Assembly: GCA_051294905.1 (NCBI GenBank)
Contig: CM119372.1
Location: 39,992,001-40,056,000, forward strand
Source: Botryllus schlosseri
Lineage: Eukaryota
Reading direction: 5' to 3'
DNA length: 64,000 nt
The notes beneath the pieces were generated by a model. That model saw nothing but the letters and a program-made list of their open reading frames with translations, was not told where the DNA came from and searched no databases. Positions 40,642-51,696 of the stretch are shown in pieces. Each line of letters opens with the position of its first letter. The stretch's first letter is position 1. Both the position numbers and the translations under genes were made by a program.

Positions 40642-43138
40642 CAGGGCCGTAACTGCCGCACCCCAAACCCCCCAATTAGGAGGGGTTCGAGCTCGAAGGG
40701 GCCCAAAATTATTTCGTGAATTAGCATAAATTATAGAGTATTTTTGAAAATTTATGCAACTTTTTCAGAGTTTTTTTTTCGCGCCCCGCGCGATTTCATG
40801 TTGCCAAATATCTTGATTATTGGGTACTCTTTCCCTAAGAATTTTTTTTAGATTTATAAAAATGAGCATATTGGCGATGGCCATTATCGCGCCATGCGAC
40901 TCCAAGAAGTGTAACATGCGACTCTAAGAAGTGTGCCAGAACGATCGGCAACGAGAAAACCTTGGCTGAAAAGGACTGTCCTTATGCCAACCGAAAACTT
41001 CGTTATATATAAAACGCACATATAGGTTTAACTGTCCATAGGCGCCTAAATGACTGGCACCGAATGTTCCTGTCTTGGCAATCTGAACCTCACATGACAA
41101 ATACCATCCAGCAGGGAAAAAGTATATGCCAGTGAAGAAATATCAATTTGAAATCGTGTGATCTTTTAGTTTAGGACTTTTGGGCGATTCTATATTTTTT
41201 GATATAGCAGACAGTATAGGTCACGAACTGACATCATGTAACGAAGGAATACCAACGGGTCCGCCCGCCCGAAGATATATTATTATTTACTGGCACTACA
41301 TTTACCAAGACACCTCACTCAGCTCTACCGGTAAATCTGATTACGTGAGCGAAGAGAGGATAGGATGAATTATAGAAAATCTTCGATGATAAGTAGCGAC
41401 AAAACGTATAGCCTGATGGGGGGTCTGGTGGTGAAACCCCCCATGAGTTTGGTTTATCGCCCTATAGGGGCCCAAGACCAACGTTACGAAAGGGAAACGG
41501 AAAGGACGTATAGTTTGTTTTTGTCTTTGATGTTTATTTGCGGCATATACACCGAATCATGATATACATATACTACACGATCAGTGCATATGCGACGTGT
41601 TGTTTTGGTCCTGAGTGTACTGCAGGACGGAGATAACAAAAGATTACGAACCCGGGCAGTCGTCGCTCGAACAATTGAACTAAACATCGCAAATCGTATC
41701 GTTAGATAGAAATTCTGCTTTGGATATTTTGACTTGTGATATCTGGTATCATACGGAGCCAAGGTCACGTACATAAACACGAGATGTCCTACTGCGTTAT
41801 ATATGATATCACTTCACTTTTGGTAATTAGAAGCTAGTTAGAACTGGTTTCTGTATCGAATGAAGTCGCCGACACAATTTAAATTAGCTGGCCGTTGTAG
41901 TATCTGAAGTTGAAATAGCATTTATCTACTATGACGAAATATTGCATCAATCTGCTACGACGTTGACGTCGTTTGACATCTTAATTCCGTCGCGACTTTC
42001 GGGCAAATGTTTGATGAAAGCGGATCACATCAATCTGAGTGTTGAGTAGTCGTTGCTAGTCAGTATTTTATAAGGTGCAGCGTCTCGTAAATCATGCTCA
42101 AAGTAAAAAGTGGAGCAAGTAAAAGGAAAGAAGCAGCTGCCTTGAAAAATCGCATTGCAAATTTGCCGAAAGTGACGAAATATTTCAAGGTCAGGTCAGT
42201 AGAGCCTTGTACTAGTAAAAGTATCATCCACGCCACTGAGCCTAACGAGTCTACTGGGGACTGTCAGGAATATGCAGAATTTAATGACTCAATCAATCTA
42301 GATTCTGTGCATAAATATAAGAAACATTCGAAAACGTATACCCTGCCATCGCAGGATGTTAAATTACCGACAACCTCAAGATTGCATGATATTCTCAGTG
42401 ATGATCCCGGGACTCGGCCAGAGAAAAAATCCGAAAATCAGAGATGTGACATAGCAAGGCGCGGTCCACGTCAAATACACACAACCTTCCCATTTGACGA
42501 TTCCGTTCCACGACGGTGCTTTACCTCAGCTCACTACCAACGCATTTTAAACAATGGTGAGAATGTTCCGCGTTCATGGCTAATATATTCTGTAGAACCG
42601 GATAAAGTGTACTGTTTCTGCTGCAAGCTTTTTGGGGGTGGTCAGCATCCATTTTCCATTGGAATTAATAAATGGGAGGGGCTATCAAAGAAACTCAAAG
42701 ACCATGGAAATGGAAATTTACATCAACAATACTTCGCTCACTGTGTGGCACTTAAACAAGGAATCGCAAGGTCTTCCACGATAGACAAACGAGAGATGGA
42801 ATCATTTCAATACGAGCACAAATTTTGGAGAAACGTCTTGGAGAGGTTGATCGATATAATTCTCTTTTGGGCTGAGAGGAATATGGCGTTCAGGGGGTCG
42901 AATGAAATATTTGGATCGCCGAGTAATGGCAACTTTTTAGGCTTAGTTGAGCTTATGGCAAAACGAGATCAATTTTTGAAAGAATTACAAGTCAGGATCC
43001 AAAAGAGTAAACAATCATGAATGTAATTATTTGAGTCCTGCAATTGAGAACGAGCTGGTCGAAACTGTGGCAAAAGAGGTAGAGAAGTAAAATCTGGAGC
43101 AAGTGAAAAAAGCAAAATACTTTTAAGTTATTCTAGAT

Positions 43139-43507
43139 CAGTGGTTCCCAACGTGGGCGATATCGCCTCCCAGGGGGCGATTTGGCGGCCTAGGGGGGCG
43201 AAAATGACGAAGGGGGCGATAGGGGGGCGAAAATGGACAAAGGGGGCGAAGGGGGCGATGACGCGTTAAAACGGCTATATTGGAGTCAAGTCGGAGAAAT
43301 GACCTTTTTTTAGTCAAACCACGGAAATTTAGTTGCAAAAGTGTAAAATTCGACAACGAGCCAAAAAGTTGACCTTCTTTTTTTAGTCAACCCGACGATG
43401 ATTACAGATTGGATACCAATTTTTCGGTTCACAAAATTTGGGGGGGGGGGTGATCGGCGTTGAGCTTGAAAAGGGGGCGATGAGTCGAAAAAGGTTGGGA
43501 ACCACTG
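43139..43507. mobile_element. hAT Charlie/Buster-type MITE inserted in the transposase
   Basis: TIR CAGTGGTTCCCAAC / GTTGGGAACCACTG; perfect TSD TTCTAGAT; GGGGCGA subterminal repeats. Confidence 0.95.
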
Positions 43508-44100
43508 TTCTAGATTGTACTCCAGATCCTTCACACCATGAGCAAATGTCTGTTATTTTAAGATATGTGGAATGGGACTATTGCGCCGCCGCTGTGGTGA
43601 CAGAATAAATTTTCGGGTTCTTGAGGGTAGATGACACCACAGGGGGGTTTGCTCAAAGCGTTCCTCGAGCGAGTAGAGGAACTTGGGCTTGATCTGCGTG
43701 ACTGTCGGGGGAAATCATATGACAATGGTTCCAATATGGAAGGGAAACAGTCTGGTGTCCACGCTCGAATGCTGCAAATCAATCCCAAGGCAATGTATGT
43801 GCCATGTGCTAATCACACGCTAAATCTGGTTTTGCTAGACAGCGTAAAATCGTCAATTGAATCGGTCAAGTTTTTTGGAATTCTAACAAGAATCTACGTA
43901 TTGTTTTCGTCCTACCTCAACGCTGGACAATTCTGAAAACCGTGTCAAGCATTCAGTCAATGCTCCGTCAGACACACGCTGGGAAAGTCGCATCAAATGT
44001 ATCAAACCTATTCGATTTGATCTGAAGGAAGTTTTACAGGCTCTTCCTGAATTGCAAGATCTTTCGAAGAAAGATGGAAAACCTGCTCCAGAGGCCGGAT

Positions 44101-46819
44101 CAGGGTTGTAACCAAGTCACATGGTTCCGAGTCACGAGTCAATCTTACTTTTGTGGTTTTGACTCGAGTCAAGTCGAGTCATTTTCAATTCATCAATGAC
44201 TCGAGTCCGAGTCCAAGTCACCGCTTAAAGGGTCAAGTCCGAGTCATAGTGTTATGACTCGAGTCGAGTCCAAGTCACAGTATTGAAGTCATGTTCAGCT
44301 CATGTTTTCAATCCTGCTTGGGTGATATCGAATTCCTAGATTGGCAAACATGCTCATTTTCTCCCTATCAGAGTTTTGGCACGTGTTTATTTAGGCAGTT
44401 AATGGACAGGTCCTGGCCTCATTTACCGATGCTACAGATAACTTCACTAAGTTCGAACGTAAAATCAAATATCTGTCTTGTCAGTCTGATACATCACCAA
44501 TTCAAGCATTCAGTTTTTCTGATAAGCACATCGACGATAGCTCATAAATTGCTGATAGAGAACCAACGAGTTCACGGAGATACCAGCTGATAGAGAATCA
44601 GCAGATGCATGTTTATGTAGAGGTATTTACACCATGCTGTAAAAGCGTGCATGCAGCGATGTGCATTGTGCAGTGACAAAAAACAGATACCTTTTGATAT
44701 TACTTAAGGTTTTCCCAATTGCATTACAGACTACATCGCAGCATCAGCATTGGAGAAATAATTGTACAATGGGGCTGTTCGAAAACATTTTTTGAAGTTT
44801 TCCGGCTACTCCTTAAAATTGTTAGATTGCCCCAAAAAATCAAATTAGGCTCAATTCCAACCAGTAGAAAGCAATGCTATGAAAGAAAATTTTAGATTAA
44901 TTACAAATAGAGATTTTCGAATTTTACCGGCTATCTCATGATATTGTTACATTGTGTAAAAATATGATTCATAGCAAATTCCAACTAGAAGAAATGAAGT
45001 TATTAGAGTAGAATATTTTGGATATGAAAAAATAGTCGGCTTACTACTACAATGTAATTATATTATATGAAAGAATTTCTCACTAAAAATACTTCATTTA
45101 TTTTCAAATCCAAAATTCAAATGTTCTCCTATCATCTAATTGATTCTACTTTTTAAAATTGAGCTAGATTCAATGTTCATGTACCTTGGCTGGTAATTCT
45201 CTATGAATGAGTGTCAAGCCCAGTCATCATCAACTCGATTATTTTCTGCCGCAGTGCAATTCGGGATTGTTCTGAGTAATTTAGATCCATAAGCTAATGG
45301 AAAGCAAATTTCGGATCGAACACGCATGATGTGAAGAAGATGGTTTCACCAAACGGTTTTGGATTACCGATAGGCCAATCCAAAGACCAATCAGTTGTGA
45401 TCATGTTCACATTTACAAACACTCCTGCAAAACGCTTTAAAATAGAATTTTTCAATGCTTCCACTAATGCGCGCAATTAATTGACAGTGATAGCGTGCCT
45501 AATTGAATGGTTGTAGAGAGAGAGAGCAGGATTGGTAGTTGGTACTACCCTGATTGGCGTTGGGACGCAACAATGCTGTCTGGCGAAACGAGAGAGTAGC
45601 TCAAGAGCAAAAGAGCCAGACAGCATTATTGCGTCCCAATGCCGATCTCCATAACAATGAAAAATTCGAGGCTGATTGTGGGGCCACGAGCGGAATAACA
45701 TTTATGTTTTCGTAATCAGTCCAGAGTCAGCTTTCGATTGATACCCGTTTTACCAAATTTAATGCTCGCCAAGCCGGTCGAAAATGACCTTCAAATTGCC
45801 TGTAGCCAAATCGAAATTGTGACGTGAGTCAATTTCTGAGGCGTGAGATTTGGTTGTGTCGACGCCATATAAGACACTATGGTACCATTATAGAAATTAA
45901 ACATGGAACGGCAACGACCGATTTTGCAGCTTCGTTCCGCTTCGCAGAGGCTGGAGAGGAGAATTGTTTTGCGTAAGCGACTGTAGAATTTCTGGCAATC
46001 CAAAAGCTATCTTTCCGAGCGCAGAAATTATTGAATCTGGTCTTGATCGAAAGCTACGGTTGCACTGATTCCGAAAATATAAATTTAAATAATGATCAGG
46101 CACTGATCCACCTAGAATCTGTCCTCCAAGTCTGAAATATCGGCATTGTTCAGAACAATCGGGTAACCGCAACACAATGACCATAACGATGACCCGTTGC
46201 GACTCTCCGATTGTTCGAACAATGCCGATATTTCGACTTGGAGGACGGATTCTAGGTGGATCAGTGCCTGATCATTATTTTACTTTATATTTTCGGAATC
46301 GGTGCAGCAGTGGCTTTCGATCAAGACCATATTCAATAATTTCTGTGCTCGGGAAGATAGCTTTTGGATTGCCAGAAATCCTACAGTCGCTTAGGCAAAA
46401 CCACGCTCCACTCCAGCCTCAGCGAAGCGGAACGAAGCTGCAAAATCGGTCGTTGCCGTTCCATGTTTAATTTCTATAGTCTGTTGTTTTTGCGGCGGCA
46501 TATCTGATATCAGACGAGTGCAACGAATGCAGTGGTGACAAATAGCGATGTCGGCAGAATTCGTCAGATGTGTTGAACTAGCCATTACGATTCGCAAATT
46601 TATTCATCTTCAAGTCATATAAAATAAGCCGAGTCATTGACTTGGGTCGAGTCATGCGTAATGACTCGAGTACAAGTCGAGTCAATCCAAATATTGACTC
46701 GAGTCGAGTCGAGTCATTTTCCCATTTCAAGAAAATGACTCGAGTCAAGTCGAGTCACAAAAAAAACGTGACTCGAGTCTGACTCGAGTCGAGTCATGAC
46801 TCGAGTCATTACAACCCTG
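44101..46819. mobile_element. Non-autonomous hAT element with GACTCGAGTC subterminal arrays
   Basis: TIR CAGGGTTGTAA / TTACAACCCTG; TSD GGCCGGAT / GGCCAGAT (7/8); transposase-like relic on minus strand at 45294-45476 (SILKRF...FDPKF). Confidence 0.9.
45889..46478. repeat. 590-bp foldback (near-perfect long inverted repeat), probably a MITE
   Basis: Arms of ~280 bp (TATAGAAATTAAACATGGAACGGC... / ...GCCGTTCCATGTTTAATTTCTATA) around a short spacer near 46172-46195; mirror ORFs 45897..46184(-) and 46177..46470(+). Confidence 0.92.
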
Positions 46820-47394
46820 GGCCAGATCTTTATTTGCATTAATGAATTCATGGAGCTTCATATTGTCGCTGATTATTTGGCCTAGCATTCTCCGTGAAAT
46901 TAATAAAACGAGTAAACTGCTACAAGGCAGCGGGGTATCGCTACAAAAGCAGTGACGGAGGTTGCAGCTACTGCAACCTTTTTGCGCCCATATCGCGAAA
47001 CAGGCTACGAAAATGTAGTATTGTCTGGTCGCGAGCTTTCTCGGGAGTTAAACATCGATGCAAACTTTCCACAATCGAGAACCAGCAGAAAACGCAAATT
47101 GTTCGGCTATGAAGCCGGAGATGAAACAGACGAAGTTTCATCCGTCGACAGGTTTAGAACCAATTTCTTTCTGGAGGTTGTTGATCAAGTTATTATGTCA
47201 ATCAGAGAACGCTTCCAGATGATGCGTGACGTCGCAGATACACTCGGCTTTCTCGTGACACGAGAAAATTTATTGCGAGAACACAGAAATAAAAGCATTC
47301 ACAAATGCTGCAAAATCTTCCAACAAAAGATCGGGGATGCATGTGAGATGGCATTGGAGTTGAAGAGATTTGTTTTAGTAATTGAGAAGGATAC

Positions 47395-47871
47395 TGTAGC
47401 GGTCGTTGCAACGACTTGTTGCAAGACACGCTGGTATAGTGCTTGATTGGAGTCGACGCTACAGCTTACAGTTCCCGTTGTACGCACTAGTCACTGACTA
47501 ATGACCGCTCTGAGTACACTTGCAATCCTGATCACACACGCAGATCCAAGGAGCTTTCTTTACTAGCACAGAACAGCCAAATAGTAGTAATAGTGGTCAG
47601 AAACTTGTAGATTTACCAGGTTCAAATCATACTGCAATATATTAACGAATATAGAAAGAACAAAGTTAGATGTATCTAATTGCCTGTATACGACTCTGTG
47701 ACTTAAGCGAGCACGCCCGCTACGGCGCTATACACTGGCGAAGTGGCGATCTCTCAAAGCACGTGCTTCGCAGACTATACTTTATCGATACGAGATTAAG
47801 GTCGTGGGAAATGAGGTTAGGAGAGGGTTGCACGGGAAGATTACTGGCACCCTGCTGGGACGGATCTTACA
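47395..47871 (-). repeat. 3' LTR of BEL/Pao element
   Basis: Direct repeat of 50231-50707; preceded on the minus strand by the PPT. Confidence 0.97.
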
Positions 47872-48114
47872 TTCCCCACTTTAAGGACATTTTTGTGCAA
47901 CACAAAATGTCTTTACAACTATTTTCGTAAACAATGTGGCTCCACGTCGGGGTAATCGGACTTTTACAAACATTACATCGAACACAAAGGGAGAAATAGA
48001 CCCTAACAGGCAACAGGTAACAAACACAAACAAATGCTAATCACATACATTATACAGCAATAAAATACAAAACAGACAAGGATAATCTCAGACCAAAGCA
48101 CCAATTATACAACA

Positions 48115-50189
48115 TCAATCACCCACAGTTTTATACTCGGACACTTCAATACAATTCGAAACAGCGGGAGCAGAGCACGGATGCAAGCTAGTTAAATGTA
48201 ACTTTCCACATTTCCTACAAACTACGCGTTTTGGACAATCTTTACCGTGGTGCATTCTAGTACATCTTTCCCCACATCCATAACATAAAAACTTGTCACG
48301 CATAAACGATATTCGTTCAGAAAACGGTAAATTCTCAAAATCCACACAATCTGGGATATGGTGGTCATATTTTCCACAAAACAGGCAATTATATTCGCCT
48401 GACATAACATTAGTACCAAATGAAACACATGGCCTATCACGGCCAAACTTTTGAGCAGATTGCGTGATATTACTATTTCGGTTTTCATCCAACATTCTGA
48501 ATTCTGGCATATTTCGACGTTCAGACTGATCTCTCACAAATGACACAAAATACTCAAATGGGGGTAGCAATTTACATCATTCATCTGTGCCTTGTACTTT
48601 GACACTTTACAACGCCACTTATCAATAAGTGACGGAGGTAACTTTTTCACAACGTAAACATGATTTGACGAGTAATCAAGAGTGCCTAACTCTGGCACAA
48701 ACCGTTTGTTCACAAAAACTTGCTCCAAGAAATCAGAGAATTCTTGCAGCCCAAGTCTATCATGTTCCTTTATATGACGCCAACCTTTCAATTTATCTAG
48801 GAAGGCCTGCCCAACAACGACTGGGCTTCCATACCTACTTCGCAAGTCACTTATTGCTTTTCGATAAGATTCCTCGGTACCATGCAAAAAATAACATTTT
48901 ACAACTTTCAACGGGCCCGGACCAAGATGTTGTTTCAACAAATTCATCTTTTCATGAACACAATACACTCTATCTTCCACTAACGCTTTAAACGAATTTT
49001 CCCATTCCATATAATTAGTTTCATCGCCATCGAAAACCCAAACCTTTATATCAGGTATTCGCGTCAACGGTTTCATGTTGTATTGACGATCAATTGGTAT
49101 ATCGATAGATTGATTTACGGGCATCTTTACATACGTGTTTCGACCGGTTGCTTCCGGTTCAACATGTGGGACATTGTTCATTTGCACGGGAGTTTCATCA
49201 ATAACTGGGCCGTAGGATACGGGTTCACTAGATTTCACATTACATTGCCTAACTTCAGGACACACATGTGGGTCACTAATAACGAAGTTTTGTACCTTTT
49301 CCTCCGAATTCAATACGGGAACCTTGCACCGAATATCTGCATAACTTGGCTCTTCACGTACGACATCTTCATCATCATCAAAACCAAAGAGGTTTTCGTT
49401 TTCCTCCCTTTCAATTTGCTCACAAGCCTTGATCTCGGCTCGTTTTTCAGCAATTTGACTCTTCAGAGCCAATTGCGACAACTTTTTCTTCATTTCAGCT
49501 TCTTGCTCTGAAAATTCCAGCTTCGCTTCCAGAGCGGCTGCTTCCCTTATTCTCGTATGACGTAGCTCTTTGTTGCTGGCGAGGCTGGTGCGACTGTGTT
49601 GTGTATGGCGACTCGATCTCGAGCCGGCTCCAGATCTCGCGCGGCTACATACGGATCCATTTTCGGATCGAAGCATCATGAAGTCCGCAACGGCTTGCCG
49701 CATTCTTTTAAAATCTATTTCAACCAACCTCAGACTGTTGGTGAAGTCTTTTGTTTCCGTACTTTCCGCGTGATTTGAAATAATTTCTTCAGTAATTTTC
49801 TTCATTTCGTTTCGATGGCTAACAACTCTTTTCATTTCTTCACGCACTTCCTCTTTATTTGCGCATAGCGCCATGGCAGTCTCAGTTTCGTCCAAATATC
49901 TTTCAACTTCGCCTTTTGTTTCATGGAACTGACGTTCAAGTTCAACCAATCTCTGATCGAATCCATGGAAAGTGCCGTCACTACTGGTTGGAACATCAGA
50001 ACCCACTGACTTGCTCTTCGCGGGGATCTGGTCCACAATTTCTTTCTTGACACTTCCACGTTCGTCTTCAACATTCTCTGGACTTGGGGGAACTGGGCAG
50101 TCAGCACTCTTTGACGTTGCCACAGTTTGACTTTGTACGGCTGAGCAGTCAGCTATCTCTGACGTTGCTGCAGCTTCCATTATTTTCAA
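48115..50189 (-). CDS. gag: BEL/Pao Gag (coiled coil, DUF1759-like capsid region, three Cys/His knuckles), with one frameshift at 48560-48564
   Basis: ORF 48534..50189 (FDGDETNYMEWENSF...LRSRYGSP...LQEFSDFL...KLP) plus ORF 48115..48570 (CLFCGKYDHHIPDC, CYGC...HHGKDC, CRKCGKLHLTSLH), the BEL-type triple knuckle. Confidence 0.9.
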
Positions 50190-50230
50190 CTTTTCCGACT
50201 TTCAACTTTATGACTGGTAAAGTTTCTGAC

Positions 50231-50707
50231 TGTAGCGGTCGTTGCAACGACTTGTTGCAAGACACGCTGGTATAGTGCTTGATTGGAGTCGACGCTACAG
50301 CTTACAGTTCCCGTTGTACGCACTAGTCACTGACTAATGACCGCTCTGAGTACACTTGCAATCCTGATCACACACGCAGATCCAAGGAGCTTTCTTTACT
50401 AGCACAGAACAGCCAAATAGTAGTAATAGTGGTCAGAAACTTGTAGATTTACCAGGTTCAAATCATACTGCAATATATTAACGAATATAGAAAGAACAAA
50501 GTTAGATGTATCTAATTGCCTGTATACGACTCTGTGACTTAAGCGAGCACGCCCGCTACGGCGCTATACACTGGCGAAGTGGCGATCTCTCAAAGCACGT
50601 GCTTCGCAGACTATACTTTATCGATACGAGATTAAGGTCGTGGGAAATGAGGTTAGGAGAGGGTTGCACGGGAAGATTACTGGCACCCTGCTGGGACGGA
50701 TCTTACA
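50231..50707 (-). repeat. 5' LTR of BEL/Pao element
   Basis: Direct repeat of 47395-47871; minus-strand TATA-like TAATATAT (50480-50473) and AGTAAA (50400-50395). Confidence 0.97.
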
Positions 50708-51320
50708 GATACCAGTCTAAAATCCACAGAGGATTTTCTCAATTACTGCCTGTCCCCAAGAATGTTCGAGGTTTATCAGAATTTATTCATCGCTTTTCGA
50801 ATTGTGTTGACGTGTCCTGCTACCGTTGCCAGTGCCGAACGCAGCTTCCGTAAACTGAAGCTTATAAAAACGTACAGCCGTACTAGTATGTCCGACAACA
50901 GATTGTCCTCGCTCACTATGTTGTCTATCGAAAATGCTCGTAAAAAGAGTGTTGATTACGAAGACGTCATCAAAGCCTTTGCCACTAGTAAGGTTCGTTC
51001 CGAACGCTTTCGATAACACATTTGCTCTTATTTTCAGTGTTATTGTTTTTTTGCATGTTTTGTCACCAAGAATCGTACGTTAGTATGCGTCGTACTTGTA
51101 TACAAACAACGATTATGTACTCTTTTCGTTTCTTTCGAAACCCCATGGTTACCGACATGAAATATGCTTCAGCGTGTACAGCGAGTATAATTGGCTAGTA
51201 TGCAAACGGGAGTAGGGAGGGGGTCTGGCGGGCGAAGCCCCCCAGAAGTTGGATTGACAATCCTGTGGGAGGCCCGAATCCAAAATTTTGGGGGGCTGAC
51301 GAAGTGCTGTTACGGTCCTG

Positions 51321-51696
51321 CCGACTTGGCTGTCCCAGCCTAGTCCTGTTTTCCTGAAACGTCACGTCCGTTCGAACAAAAACCACGACTTGGTGGAGGA
51401 AGTGGAACTGTTGAACTCAAACCCATTGTATGCGAACGTTCGCCACGTCGACGGGAGAGAAAGAACTGTTGCAATATCCGATATTGCCCCGTGTCCTCGT
51501 CCGCAAGTTCCGGAGCAATGTCCGCTTGATTCGAAGTTCTCCGATGCCATCCAGAGTTGCAAGCCGGTTACGCAGAAGGACGAAGAGCCGCCAAAACAAG
51601 CTGATGATTCTGCTCTCGGTACAAACGAAATGAAAATTTCACCTCGTCGCTCCTCTAGAACAACAAGAGGCGTCCCACCGAACAGATACGAACAAC
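51321..51696 (+). pseudogene. Gypsy integrase C-terminal part, resuming after hAT insertion
   Basis: VEEVELLNSNPLYANVRHVDGRERTVAISDIAP...RRSSRTTRGVPPNRY; joins 40641 across the duplicated target CCGACTTG. Confidence 0.85.

Larger units (their letters stand above)
47395..50707 (-). mobile_element. BEL/Pao LTR retrotransposon, gag-only (no pol), very recent insertion
   Basis: Two 477-bp TG...CA LTRs with no difference visible by eye; 5-bp TSD GATAC at 47390-47394 and 50708-50712; PPT AAAGTGGGGAA (minus strand) abutting 47871. Confidence 0.95.
42094..51016 (+). pseudogene. hAT transposase in four pieces (42094-43138, 43508-44100, 46820-47394, 50708-51016)
   Basis: TTF-type Zn finger RSWLIYS...YCFCCKLF; DUF4371-like FRGSNE...GNFLGLVEL; CRGKSYDNGSNMEG; YVPCANHTLNL; TRWESR; dimerisation motif PATVASAERSFRKLKLIKT. 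Internal stops and frameshifts present. Confidence 0.92.
40642..51320 (+). mobile_element. hAT DNA transposon (Tip100/ZMYM1-like), formerly autonomous, with nested insertions
   Basis: TIRs CAGGGCCGTAAC / GTTACGGTCCTG; perfect 8-bp TSD CCGACTTG at 40634-40641 and 51321-51328. Confidence 0.95.

Noticed and set aside
42094..43020. Host ZMYM1-like zinc finger gene
   Set aside because: It lies between TIRs with an 8-bp TSD and is interrupted by stops and insertions, so it is a transposase relic.
45897..46470. Two divergent near-identical ~96-aa ORFs
   Set aside because: Mirror translations of a palindrome with no recognisable domain.
47670..50853. Duplicated ORF MYLIACIRLCDL... at 47670 and 50506
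   Set aside because: Antisense translation of the two LTR copies.
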